Shown here: piece by piece, positions 8,601 through 18,246 of the stretch | Numbering within the stretch: position 1 is the stretch's first letter | How the letters are laid out: the number at the start of each line of letters is the position of its first letter | IMG/VR virus record: IMGVR_UViG_3300042543_000175 | Location: 1-56,545 of that record | DNA: 56,545 nt | Reading direction: 5' to 3' (one strand) | Source of the DNA: a virus | Lineage: Duplodnaviria > Caudoviricetes | Program-made: the position numbers and the translations under genes | The notes under the pieces: generated by a model | Databases searched by the model: none | What the model was told of the DNA's origin: nothing | The model's input: only the letters and a program-made list of their open reading frames with translations

Positions 8601-11150
8601 ATGGCCGAACAACCAGCTTTAAATCGTTCCTACGTTATTTCTTATGCGGCAAATGATCGGGACTTTCCTGTAATAGGATTGAGGCTTGATCCTCGTGTTG
8701 CGGGATATCGGGTTCCAGAAGATCTAAGTCCGCATCCAGACTCCAAGCGGTATCCCAACCATGTCTTTACAGGCTCCAATCCAACCAACGGAGATGAACG
8801 AGTTACCCACGTTTACGAAATTTTGCCCGCTCCTTGGGTTCCGTTCACCCGCTATGATGACGATTTAGGGCCAGTTCAGGGACGGCGGAGGGCGGTTAAA
8901 AATGAAGGACAGCAAGCCAGTTTGTCGTCTGATAAAAAGATATCATATGAAGGGCGGGACGGATCGGCCATTGTTTCTCTAGAAATAGAAGAGATTTGGT
9001 CTATAAAGACCGACGAAGATGAAAACTCTCTATTCCCAATAAAAGATCGGGATTTTTACGATCCAAGACTTGGCGCTGTTAAGGAAAGAAGGCAATTATT
9101 TGTTCCGACAGGGGAAGAAAAAGCATCAATTGAATTTAATGATCCTGTAGTAACACAGATTGGTTATGAAGCGTACAACGAATATCTATCATACAAGGTA
9201 ACAACAACTTACACATTAAACGGCCCAGTTCGCAGAGAGGACGTTTATGATCCAATCAAAGGCCCGATTGAAAGGATTAGTCAGATTGTTTACGATGATG
9301 GAAGTCTTGAGGGATCACTTGTTAATAACGGCGGAATAATTACTCAGACATCTTATCAGCCCATCAATACTTTGGTTGTTGATAAAATTGTTGAAAAATA
9401 TTCCGTAAGCGGCCCCCAATTAATCGGGCAAGCAACTGACAACGAAAAACAACTTGTTACTATAACAACGCAGCGAAAGGCGGCAGATGGATATGTTCCG
9501 CCAAATCCAACAGCAATCAAAACAGTTGAAGTTTCACGCGAAGACGCCGAATCAATAATTGAAAGAATTACTGAAACTCCAGAAATTTTTAGCGCAAAAG
9601 TTTTCTCAACAGAGCGCCCAGATCCGATACCAGAAAAGTTCAGGGTTCTTATTCCGTCTACCACAGAACAGTCAAACATAGAAGGAACTGCAACAACTCC
9701 TATTTTGTCTTCTGGGCAAATATCCAAAAGCGAACAGCAAGTAGATAAGTTTGTAAAGCGTATATCATCAACATCAAGAAATCAAACATTACTTCCAAGA
9801 ACTCTTACACAAAAAACAACTAACAATGATTTGCAACTTGCAAATATTACAGAAACGCTTCAAGGCGGAGACACAACAGAGCAACCAACAGCAAAAAAAA
9901 TCATTCAAAGCGAAGCTCTTGGAGATGGAAACTATGTAGTAAGAAAAACAGAGATTGATAATGTATTTGACTCTAAGCTTTTGTCGGTTCAAAAAACCGA
10001 TCCAATACCTGAAAAATTCAGAATTAATAGCCCTCTCAATAGAACGGAGGAAACAAAAGAACAAACTACTGTTTCTATTCCAGTTTTAGAAGATGGACAA
10101 TTTTTAAAATCAGAACAAAGGCTTACGGCTCACACTGTTCAATCTGTTACACTGCAAAGAGAAGAAAATTACGAACAAATAAATAACGCAGATCTTGACG
10201 AAAGTTGGGGAATTCAACTTCCTTTTGTAGAATATATATCTTCCACTGTTGTAACTGGATCAAATATTGAAGTTCAGGGACTTGGTGATGACAAATATCT
10301 AATCAGGCAATATGACCTAGCCGCATTAGGCTCTATACTTGGAGACTTTTCTATAGTTATTCCTTCATCTGTAGATGTGAATACACCAAGAGTTCTTTCT
10401 GATATTAAAATTGCAGGATGGCAGGAAGAAAAGAACTTGGGGGAAAGTGAATTTGATTCTTCTGGACTTTCAGGATCTTTTGATTCTTTAGCACAAAGAG
10501 ACAATGGATCAATATCTTCAACACTGTCGTTAGTTCCAAAAATTGAAATAATATTTAAAGAATATTGGGGCAATAATATTCCAGCAAATATTCATATATT
10601 CTTTTTGAGAAAATCCAACTTGACGAGCGACTCTATTAAAAGCAGGGTTGGAGCAGTGGGAAATTGGCCAGTGTTCAAACCAGAATCTTTTGTTGGAACA
10701 GTATATGGAATATCCGAAACAAAAAACATTTCTGTTGGAATAGGTAGGGCTATTTCTTTTACTTCTGGAGGTGATACGGGATTCCAGCCAACAAAAGAAT
10801 CTCAAACGGATTATAAAAAATCATTAATTCCTGTTATTATAAATATACCAACATGTTTGCGACCACAAAAAACTCTTAATCTTTCAAAAACATTAAGTAA
10901 TGATTCTGGATCAATCGAATTAAGCTATGAAGGATTGGCCACATCTAACGGAGAAATATTGCCTGCCGTAAATCAAACAAAAACACTTACACACAGTATT
11001 ACAATTTCAGACACATTAACAATCGGTTCAACGCAACAAACAGATGTTCCAAAGTCTGGAAAATATATAATCAGCACATCTGTGGAGCCATACAAATTTG
11101 ATTGGTTTTTGGTTAGGGCTGTTGTTTTTGATGCTTCTGTTTTTGCTTGA
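8601..11150 (+). CDS. Large putative virion/tail protein with internal repeats
   Basis: 849 aa, beta-rich; repeated module DPIPEKFR (x2) and ALGDGNY/GLGDDKY. Confidence 0.55.
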   Translation: MAEQPALNRSYVISYAANDRDFPVIGLRLDPRVAGYRVPEDLSPHPDSKRYPNHVFTGSNPTNGDERVTHVYEILPAPWVPFTRYDDDLGPVQGRRRAVKNEGQQASLSSDKKISYEGRDGSAIVSLEIEEIWSIKTDEDENSLFPIKDRDFYDPRLGAVKERRQLFVPTGEEKASIEFNDPVVTQIGYEAYNEYLSYKVTTTYTLNGPVRREDVYDPIKGPIERISQIVYDDGSLEGSLVNNGGIITQTSYQPINTLVVDKIVEKYSVSGPQLIGQATDNEKQLVTITTQRKAADGYVPPNPTAIKTVEVSREDAESIIERITETPEIFSAKVFSTERPDPIPEKFRVLIPSTTEQSNIEGTATTPILSSGQISKSEQQVDKFVKRISSTSRNQTLLPRTLTQKTTNNDLQLANITETLQGGDTTEQPTAKKIIQSEALGDGNYVVRKTEIDNVFDSKLLSVQKTDPIPEKFRINSPLNRTEETKEQTTVSIPVLEDGQFLKSEQRLTAHTVQSVTLQREENYEQINNADLDESWGIQLPFVEYISSTVVTGSNIEVQGLGDDKYLIRQYDLAALGSILGDFSIVIPSSVDVNTPRVLSDIKIAGWQEEKNLGESEFDSSGLSGSFDSLAQRDNGSISSTLSLVPKIEIIFKEYWGNNIPANIHIFFLRKSNLTSDSIKSRVGAVGNWPVFKPESFVGTVYGISETKNISVGIGRAISFTSGGDTGFQPTKESQTDYKKSLIPVIINIPTCLRPQKTLNLSKTLSNDSGSIELSYEGLATSNGEILPAVNQTKTLTHSITISDTLTIGSTQQTDVPKSGKYIISTSVEPYKFDWFLVRAVVFDASVFA

Positions 11151-11938
11151 TTATGGAATTCAGTTCAGATATTAGAGCAAATGAAGTTGACGCTCGCAAC
11201 AAGGAAAGACGGGAACAAAAAAGTTTAGCGTCTTCAATTCTTTCTACACGGTCTGGACAAGAAGCTTTATTACAGTCTATGGCAAGTGGCGGGCCACTTG
11301 GTCGTAAAATAACTAGAGAAATAAAAAGATCTCAATCTTCTGGAAGAATTAGCGGCTGGTTGGCCGATCAGACTATTAATAGCGCGATACAATCAACAAA
11401 AAACACAAAAACAAACACTGATGAAAATGGCTCAATTCAAATTGGATCTCCAATTAATTTTGAAACAATTCAGCCGTTTAATGGATTACAAAAATTTAAA
11501 CCAGAAATACCATCATCTGCTACAGCATCCAGTTTAAATCCATGGGATATTTATATAGTCAAAACAGAAGAATCGTCATTTGATGTTAAAGTTAGGGCTG
11601 GAACAATTAGTGGGATTTTGCCACAAAACTGGGATGATGAATTTACTTGCAGTAAAGATACTCTTTATTATGGAAAGGTAATTGTTCAAACAGACGGAAG
11701 AAATGTTACTTCAGCGACAATAGACATTGATACATCAGAACCACAAGCCCAAGAAGCCAATGAGTTTTCTGTTGAATCTCCCGTTGAATTTTTGTTTGGT
11801 CTGTTTCGTAATACTGGGTTCCGTATTGCTACACAAGGAAATATACCAGCAAGTCCATCACTTGTATTGACCACAACTAAATCCCCAGCGGCACAAGCTG
11901 GAGAATCCCCTTATGTTTTCTGGTATCGGCTGCAATAG
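11147..11938 (+). CDS. Hypothetical, putative virion protein
   Basis: 263-aa ORF coupled to upstream gene. Confidence 0.5.
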   Translation: MIMEFSSDIRANEVDARNKERREQKSLASSILSTRSGQEALLQSMASGGPLGRKITREIKRSQSSGRISGWLADQTINSAIQSTKNTKTNTDENGSIQIGSPINFETIQPFNGLQKFKPEIPSSATASSLNPWDIYIVKTEESSFDVKVRAGTISGILPQNWDDEFTCSKDTLYYGKVIVQTDGRNVTSATIDIDTSEPQAQEANEFSVESPVEFLFGLFRNTGFRIATQGNIPASPSLVLTTTKSPAAQAGESPYVFWYRLQ

Positions 11939-11941
11939 TCC

Positions 11942-13786
11942 ATGATCTCGTGGACAATTAGCGTTGAGCCTGTAACGTCAAGCACCGCTTCGACAAACGT
12001 ATACAGCAGTGGCGGGCTGTTTTTGCAAAACTACAACGAAGGAGCTTTGGGCGTCCCAGCGATTTCTTCGGCGCTTGGAGTTAGAAGAAACGAAAGCACT
12101 TTTAGAACGGCAAACTGGAGCCAAACCATACAAGATCAGTCTGGAGTTGATTTTACATATCTTGCCACAACTATTCGCGGGACAACCAATAGCACCGTTG
12201 AAGACGTTGGGCTAAATTCTTACTTTCGTGTCACTGGCATTACTCGAAACGTGACACTTTTGGGAACTGTCGCGTCTCAAACCTCGACCACAACAACAGC
12301 CCAACGCACATCTACGGGAACGTCTACAACGACACAAAACTACGTTGTCTACACGACAACAAATCCAAGCGCGTCAAGCGACATTGTAACAACAGCCACA
12401 ATTACGACAACGCGCACCGTCCAAAGAACTACATCGGCCACGCACTCTGTGGAAATAGACACCATAACTACCACGGGTTCTCACTTGAACAATGTTGCTG
12501 CCGCCACAGTTTACCAAGCCAACACCAGATACGCAACGGACGCCAATGTGATATGGGTAGCCGACCAGAGTTTGATTTCAGACGAGATTGCAACAGGTGC
12601 GGCTAGTGTGACTGCAACCAGCACTACGCGCACAACATTATATCCCGATACGCAGACAATGACTTATTCAGTCGTTGCCAAATCTGCTACATCGGAAATA
12701 GATCACACTAACGTAAGCTCAACTCAAAATCTTGCATTTGTCAGCGGACAAAACACCACAACAGAAACAACTTATGTGACATCGGAATTTGCAATCCCGC
12801 AACTGACCAGCAATGGGCAAACAGAAACGCAGCGAACGACGGCCTCAAACAGAACAACATCGGTATTTACCTCCAATGTTTTTGGCGCAGCGTTTACAAA
12901 AACAGCCACGCAGTTAGGCACAAGTTTGTTCAAAGCCAACGACACGTTTTACGGACTGCAATGCGACAGGACATATACTCGGCAAACATCTCGGACAATT
13001 AAAGCCGAAGACAATGCTTGGGTCACAAGCGGCAGCACCACGACTTCTGCGGCAGCGCCAACATCAACTTGGACAACAAGCTCTGCGCTGTCTGATACAC
13101 AAGTCGTCGTCGGAAACCCCATTAGCCAAAGCACACAAGAAGTAAGGGGCATAACGGCCATGCTTATGTTGCATGGGCAAGCGACTACGGTAAGCGGCGG
13201 CTCGGTGTCGCGTGTTGTAGAAATTAAGTATGGCGTCAGAACTCCGCAAAATAGCGTGGCGGGATTTTACGCCGCCAACGGATTGGACGAAACTCTATTT
13301 GTCGATGATGCTTATGCTTTTGCTTCTCGCGGCGTCAGCACGGCAAAGCCCGTTTCTTTTGCTGTTTTCTCAACCTATGGAGATTCTGAATATCCCGACT
13401 TTGACAATATCGGAACAGCGTCTTTCAGCGGATTAAACGGATCGGCTACAACCACAACATCAAGCGGATCGGAAACTAGTTCGTCCTTTACATTTTCTTT
13501 GCAGCCACAGGGAGACGCTAGAATGGAGCAAACCAACTCAACGCGCAATTTGGCGGGGTTTAGCGGGGTGCTTGGTGAATTTGAAACCTTGCTTGTAACT
13601 ATTCCTCGCGGAATTTACCTCAAATCGAACGGAGACACTGTTTCCCATAGCGAGCAAGTTGTTTCCTATACAAGCGGATCAGGCGTAGAATGGCTTGAGC
13701 CAATCACTTATTTCCGCTCAACCGTAGACCAAAGTGAAACGGCTATTCTTTGGACTGCCCCCCGCAACTCAACTAATTTGCCTTAA
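11942..13786 (+). CDS. Thr/Ser-rich (mucin-like) putative virion surface protein
   Basis: 614 aa dominated by T/S runs (e.g. TSTTTTAQRTSTGTSTTT). Confidence 0.6.
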   Translation: MISWTISVEPVTSSTASTNVYSSGGLFLQNYNEGALGVPAISSALGVRRNESTFRTANWSQTIQDQSGVDFTYLATTIRGTTNSTVEDVGLNSYFRVTGITRNVTLLGTVASQTSTTTTAQRTSTGTSTTTQNYVVYTTTNPSASSDIVTTATITTTRTVQRTTSATHSVEIDTITTTGSHLNNVAAATVYQANTRYATDANVIWVADQSLISDEIATGAASVTATSTTRTTLYPDTQTMTYSVVAKSATSEIDHTNVSSTQNLAFVSGQNTTTETTYVTSEFAIPQLTSNGQTETQRTTASNRTTSVFTSNVFGAAFTKTATQLGTSLFKANDTFYGLQCDRTYTRQTSRTIKAEDNAWVTSGSTTTSAAAPTSTWTTSSALSDTQVVVGNPISQSTQEVRGITAMLMLHGQATTVSGGSVSRVVEIKYGVRTPQNSVAGFYAANGLDETLFVDDAYAFASRGVSTAKPVSFAVFSTYGDSEYPDFDNIGTASFSGLNGSATTTTSSGSETSSSFTFSLQPQGDARMEQTNSTRNLAGFSGVLGEFETLLVTIPRGIYLKSNGDTVSHSEQVVSYTSGSGVEWLEPITYFRSTVDQSETAILWTAPRNSTNLP

Positions 13787-14817
13787 TGAGCAATCCATGG
13801 TTGTTTTATAGTTCTGAGATGACCTGAATATTCTCCATTTTGTTCATGAAACGCTTTATAGTGAATAATATCTGGATCATCTGATGTATCATTTTTTGAT
13901 TTTCTTTTAACATGATCACAAACCGCATGTGGAACACAAGCAATACGCAATCCCGCTGGATACCAGCGATGCCAGCATAAATATAAATCTTGAGTTCCCT
14001 TGCCATCGTATCCATCGAATGTAGCTAATGCCAAAGCTTTTTGCGAAAGTAACGTACACCCAAGTCCGCACCAATCTGACGGAACAATGGATCCCCTGCC
14101 AATCGCTGGATAAGCAAAATCCATCCACCCCCTTTTTCTCCATCCGTATTTTGCCGTAATCTCCCAAATATTTCCATCGGGTGGATATTTTTTTACTTTT
14201 TCCCTTAAACGATGCATCCGTTTTGATTCTTTTTCTCCAGTTAATTTATCCTTGCAAGATTTTAACCTTTCTTCGCAGGACTTTATGGCTTTTTTAAGAC
14301 GCTTTGGAAGCTTTCTTTCCTCTGGAATAAAATCTTCAGCTATTGGATGTTGCGGGGTTCCAAAACCGCCCAAGAATAACCCATTGGGATAAGTTACCGC
14401 TGCAATATCATAGTATGGAGTTCCATCAGCTTGAGGCATCTGTAATACCCATTCTGCAACGCGAAGGCTTTCTGCGCTGACCAACATATCACTTTCCACG
14501 CTCCAAAATGATGTCGCTCTTATTTTTCTAGCCAGACTAAAAGCCGCTCCTTGAAGAGAGGTGATTAGCATTTGGCTTTTTTCTTTATATTTTTCTCCTT
14601 CGGAATCATTCAAATCTAAATTAATAGATGAAATTTTCCATCCGTCTGGAAGTTCTGATTGGGCTACATCAATAGCTTCTTTGGATTCCTTGCTTTTATC
14701 TGTGGCAAGAATAAAATGGGCTTCTTCGTGGTGGGACGCAGCAGCCGAAATATTTCTAACTACCGATCTCCAACAGTAGAAATACTTTTTAGTTGCGTAA
14801 GTGGCTATAGCAATCAT
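13783..14817 (-). CDS. Glycosyltransferase-like (GT-A fold) protein
   Basis: N-terminal IAIATYAT strand, ILATD, ExD motif SVESDML, WCGLGCTLLS, QDLYLC, CDH. Confidence 0.6.
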   Translation of the reverse strand: MIAIATYATKKYFYCWRSVVRNISAAASHHEEAHFILATDKSKESKEAIDVAQSELPDGWKISSINLDLNDSEGEKYKEKSQMLITSLQGAAFSLARKIRATSFWSVESDMLVSAESLRVAEWVLQMPQADGTPYYDIAAVTYPNGLFLGGFGTPQHPIAEDFIPEERKLPKRLKKAIKSCEERLKSCKDKLTGEKESKRMHRLREKVKKYPPDGNIWEITAKYGWRKRGWMDFAYPAIGRGSIVPSDWCGLGCTLLSQKALALATFDGYDGKGTQDLYLCWHRWYPAGLRIACVPHAVCDHVKRKSKNDTSDDPDIIHYKAFHEQNGEYSGHLRTIKQPWIAH

Positions 14818-15242
14818 CGTGATTCGGGGTTCCAGTTGTAATTAAATTCATAAGGCCCGACTCTATCTTCGTCTGGATTTTCCAAATTATATGGCTTTGA
14901 AACAATATTCAAAATGGCAGTTTCGCGATATCCCCAAGCTGGTGTAAATCCATGCCATATTCCAGCAGGAATCGTCACAAGCATAGGAACTAAAGATGAT
15001 AGAATTATGGTTTGGTTAATTCCAGATTCGCTGTTATATAAACCAAGCCTTGCCGCGCCATTTACACAATACCAGCGATCTATTTGCTTTTGATGGCGAT
15101 GCCAAGCTTTAATTACTCCTTGTGTGCAAGTTGTAATATATGCCTGCCCAAATCCATGGGGATCGTCGGTAAGCCTGAATATTTCAGTCAAGCATCCACG
15201 ATCATCAATATTTACTTTAAGTTGTTTGATTTGTGCTAACAT
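14814..15242 (-). CDS. rmlC: dTDP-4-dehydrorhamnose 3,5-epimerase-like cupin
   Basis: DDRGCLTEIF, GVIKAWHRH, IPAGIWHGF motifs. Confidence 0.8.
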   Translation of the reverse strand: MLAQIKQLKVNIDDRGCLTEIFRLTDDPHGFGQAYITTCTQGVIKAWHRHQKQIDRWYCVNGAARLGLYNSESGINQTIILSSLVPMLVTIPAGIWHGFTPAWGYRETAILNIVSKPYNLENPDEDRVGPYEFNYNWNPESR

Positions 15243-15526
15243 TTTGGCCTGACAAAGTTCATTGTTTTAATAGTCCCTCCATCTTTGACCCTTTTCTTTT
15301 CACGATCAAACTTCTCCTCGCTGATCATGTTGCGAATTCGGGAATTGGACAGTCCAGTAATTTTCATTACTTGATCCACTGTCTTCCATCCATCAGCGTT
15401 CATCGCCTCAATGGTGGTGTATTCGCTGTTGTCTTTAAAAGACTCCCAAACATCATCCCAAGAAGGGACTATAATTTTAGGAGCGGAGCCTTTTGTTCTA
15501 CGAGTTTTGCTATGTGTTGTTTCCAT
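15236..15526 (-). CDS. Putative helix-turn-helix DNA-binding protein
   Basis: WKTVDQVMKITGLSNSRIRNMI HTH-like segment; start uncertain. Confidence 0.5.
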   Translation of the reverse strand: METTHSKTRRTKGSAPKIIVPSWDDVWESFKDNSEYTTIEAMNADGWKTVDQVMKITGLSNSRIRNMISEEKFDREKKRVKDGGTIKTMNFVRPKC

Positions 15527-16266
15527 GAGAATGAACCTTTGTCTACGGTGAAGGTGAGGAATCCAAAGTCTACTTTGCCCACACATCGGCGGGCTCCGAA
15601 CTTGCTGCCTGCTCCTTGGAGTGCTGGGGTGGTCATGGCGATCCAGTCGCTTCCTCCGCAGAAGTTGTGGTAATGAACATGACTTCTTAGCAAGACGTTG
15701 GCCTTGTGCTGCTCTCCTTCTTCGGTAAGCAATACATTCCAGAGGCGGTCTTTGGCTACCCCCGTGTGCCTTGTGTGGGGGAGGCTCCCGCTTCCTGCTG
15801 GGTGGTGTTTGAGATCGAAGACGATTCCTTCGACTTCAATCCAGAGTTGGTCGGAGATGGTGGCTCCCACTCGTTCTGCGATAACATTCTCCCAATCCTC
15901 TCCGTCTGAGGAACTCACATGGTAGGGAGTGCCCCTTGAAATTGCTATCTTGCAGTTCTTTGTTTTCGGGATTTGACGGATGATCTTTACGGCCATATCC
16001 GCCTGATCCTCCATATCGGGGGCTAGAAGCTCCGTAGCCCCGCTTTTCTTGCCCTTACCATCCACCAGATCCCCGTTGACGAAAATAATGTCGTAGGGGC
16101 CGTTACGCGCAATCTCGCGGGCATACCATGTCCAGTGGGCTTTGTTGATTTGCGCCCAGAGCGGGATTTCCCCGTTTTCATCTTTTTCGGGCAACCAGCC
16201 TGTAGGGGTAAGCCCAACACGATGGCCGCAGTGAAAGTCCGAAAGGACTGCTATTTTTTTGCTCAT
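15469..16266 (-). CDS. Calcineurin-like metallophosphoesterase
   Basis: SDFHCG, NGDLVDG, GTPYH, KHH, SHVH motifs. Confidence 0.8.
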   Translation of the reverse strand: MSKKIAVLSDFHCGHRVGLTPTGWLPEKDENGEIPLWAQINKAHWTWYAREIARNGPYDIIFVNGDLVDGKGKKSGATELLAPDMEDQADMAVKIIRQIPKTKNCKIAISRGTPYHVSSSDGEDWENVIAERVGATISDQLWIEVEGIVFDLKHHPAGSGSLPHTRHTGVAKDRLWNVLLTEEGEQHKANVLLRSHVHYHNFCGGSDWIAMTTPALQGAGSKFGARRCVGKVDFGFLTFTVDKGSFSWKQHIAKLVEQKAPLLKL

Positions 16267-16865
16267 AGAGAGGTTGCTTGGTTGCAAAGATCTAAACACC
16301 GCGCATAGCCTATAATGTCTACACAACTATCCTTATGACGGGGTGAGTTGGTGAGTCTGGAAAGCTTGACCGCAATCATGCACATGGCGATTTGTTGCGG
16401 GGTCACATTGGTTCCAAGGATGGCCCCCCACATCTTGGCTTGCTTGGTAAAATCTTCAATCGGGCTTCCGTAGTCGGTCTGGCGATCATAGGAAGTAAGA
16501 CGTTTGGCAATGTCGCACACATCTTCTTTGTCCAATCTAACCATAGATGGGTAGAGACGCAAGGGTTTTTCTAGCCATTGGGCTACAGCAACTTCCGCTC
16601 TGGCTCCTTTGGACTTCTCCCACTTGGGAATAAGAACCAACTCATCGCATTCAAAGACCGCATCAATATCTCTTCGGGCACAGTCCTCAATAAACTTGCT
16701 GTCCATTTGGGAGTTGTGGGGATTTAACCCTAACTCCTGATCCATCCTTGCGGGATTGATGACATTGTATCCTTTGGCTTTGAGTCTTTCTTCGGCCTCA
16801 AAGAAGGCAGGATGATTAAGATTTTTAATGCCCCTCATGGCCCCACAAATATATACTGTAGTCAT
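16263..16865 (-). CDS. DUF4406 (nucleoside deoxyribosyltransferase-like) fused to DUF6378-like domain
   Basis: VYICGAMRG..NHPAF..VINPA..WEKSKGARAE, then DRQTDYGSP..F..MIAVKLSR..DSCVDIIGY. Confidence 0.75.
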   Translation of the reverse strand: MTTVYICGAMRGIKNLNHPAFFEAEERLKAKGYNVINPARMDQELGLNPHNSQMDSKFIEDCARRDIDAVFECDELVLIPKWEKSKGARAEVAVAQWLEKPLRLYPSMVRLDKEDVCDIAKRLTSYDRQTDYGSPIEDFTKQAKMWGAILGTNVTPQQIAMCMIAVKLSRLTNSPRHKDSCVDIIGYARCLDLCNQATSL

Positions 16866-16929
16866 TGGTGTGTGTTTTGGTTTAGTTGAAATGGATAGAC
16901 CTAGCGTCTATCAAAATTGTTCAATCTTT

Positions 16930-17193
16930 TTAGAGATCTTTGATAACTTTTTTCAAATCACCGTCATCCAAATCGTCATCATCGTCATCTTCTTCCGATT
17001 GCCCGTAAAGGATATCATGGATGTTAGAGACCAGTCCTTCAATGGCGTAGTCATTGCCAAACTTAATGAAGGCGTTCTTTGTTTCCTGTCCCTCTTCAAA
17101 TGTGGCCACAATAAACCCAGAATCGAAATATTCAACCAGATCTTTCGATAGCTTGTCCAAGACTTTTTGGAGCCTTTCGTCGTGGACGGCCAT
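16930..17193 (-). CDS. Hypothetical protein with acidic tail
   Basis: 87-aa ORF. Confidence 0.6.
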   Translation of the reverse strand: MAVHDERLQKVLDKLSKDLVEYFDSGFIVATFEEGQETKNAFIKFGNDYAIEGLVSNIHDILYGQSEEDDDDDDLDDGDLKKVIKDL

Positions 17194-17197
17194 AGAA

Positions 17198-17353
17198 TCA
17201 GATTTGTTGCTCTCGACAATCTTTGCATATCCGAATTACTCCGACATGCGAAATTGTTAAACGTTCAAGATTTTTTGACCCACAAGCATAACATTCTTGG
17301 CTTTCGGGCTTGCGGTAGATTTTTTTCTTGCGGGGTTTTGCCTCGTCTTTCAT
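17198..17353 (-). CDS. Small zinc-ribbon protein (51 aa)
   Basis: ATGA overlap with endolysin stop; MKDEAKPR...CYACG...CKDC. Confidence 0.6.
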   Translation of the reverse strand: MKDEAKPRKKKIYRKPESQECYACGSKNLERLTISHVGVIRICKDCREQQI

Positions 17354-18063
17354 TGCACTGTTGATGGATGGATTCTGATGTAATTCCTTACCAGTGAAGG
17401 CGTTCTGGTTTTAAGCCAAACCCCGTCCCCAGAATCACTGTCTCTGGTTCCTTTTTGGTTAGTATTTCCCTCCACACATTGAAAGTTTTTTTCTCCGACT
17501 TTGACGATGATGCCGATATGAGAGAAATCAAACACCACGATGTCTCCAATTTTGGGCTTGGCTTTTTCGGTTAGAATCTTCGTGGTGGCAGGGCGACCCT
17601 TGGCCCATTCGATATATCCAAATGCTGCTGCCGTCTTAGGTCTCCATTTCTCTGGAGTCAGTAATTTGAGATTGAGCCATTTAACAACCTCTGGGTCTTT
17701 AAGCCATTCGCGAATTATCCACGATGTAAAGGCGGCGCACCATGGCCAAGCTGCTGGTTTTAAGGTAGTTGCAGATTGGTATTCCCGAATCTTTGCACCC
17801 TTGTTATTACCACCAACTTCCTTGACTCCGACTTGAGACAATGCGATCTCAACGAGTCTTTCGATTGCGGGGCTTTCTTTTTTTTGGGGCGCTACGGAAA
17901 CGCTCGGCTCTGGCGCTGAGTTCTGCTTGGATTCGGATGGCAATCTCGGCAAGGACGGCGCTTGGCCATCTTTTGATTCTAGCCCAAGTAGTTTCAGGAT
18001 CAATTGCCACACGGCGGCATTTCTCCAATCTACCATTTGCAGACTCGGCGTCCAATGTCCCAA
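17350..18063 (-). CDS. CHAP-domain endolysin (true start possibly GTG at 18012)
   Basis: ALSQVGVKE..N.G, PWCAAF catalytic Cys, SHIGII His, VEGNT. Confidence 0.85.
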   Translation of the reverse strand: MGHWTPSLQMVDWRNAAVWQLILKLLGLESKDGQAPSLPRLPSESKQNSAPEPSVSVAPQKKESPAIERLVEIALSQVGVKEVGGNNKGAKIREYQSATTLKPAAWPWCAAFTSWIIREWLKDPEVVKWLNLKLLTPEKWRPKTAAAFGYIEWAKGRPATTKILTEKAKPKIGDIVVFDFSHIGIIVKVGEKNFQCVEGNTNQKGTRDSDSGDGVWLKTRTPSLVRNYIRIHPSTVQ

Positions 18064-18066
18064 TTC

Positions 18067-18246
18067 CTAGAAATCCGTTCCACCTCGGACTCCGATGGTG
18101 ACGGCAGTCTTTCCCCCATCGCTCCGCTTGACTTTGGTGAAGAATCGGATGGAACTGAATAAACGGACAAGGAAACTTCTGCGATCTTCTTTGGGAGGGA
18201 CGGAGACGAGTATTGCTTTGAGGACTTCATGGGAAAGAGGCTTCAC
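18067..18246 (-). CDS. Small lysis-cassette protein (59 aa)
   Basis: GTG overlaps upstream TGA; ends VTIGVRGGTDF. Confidence 0.5.
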   Translation of the reverse strand: MKPLSHEVLKAILVSVPPKEDRRSFLVRLFSSIRFFTKVKRSDGGKTAVTIGVRGGTDF

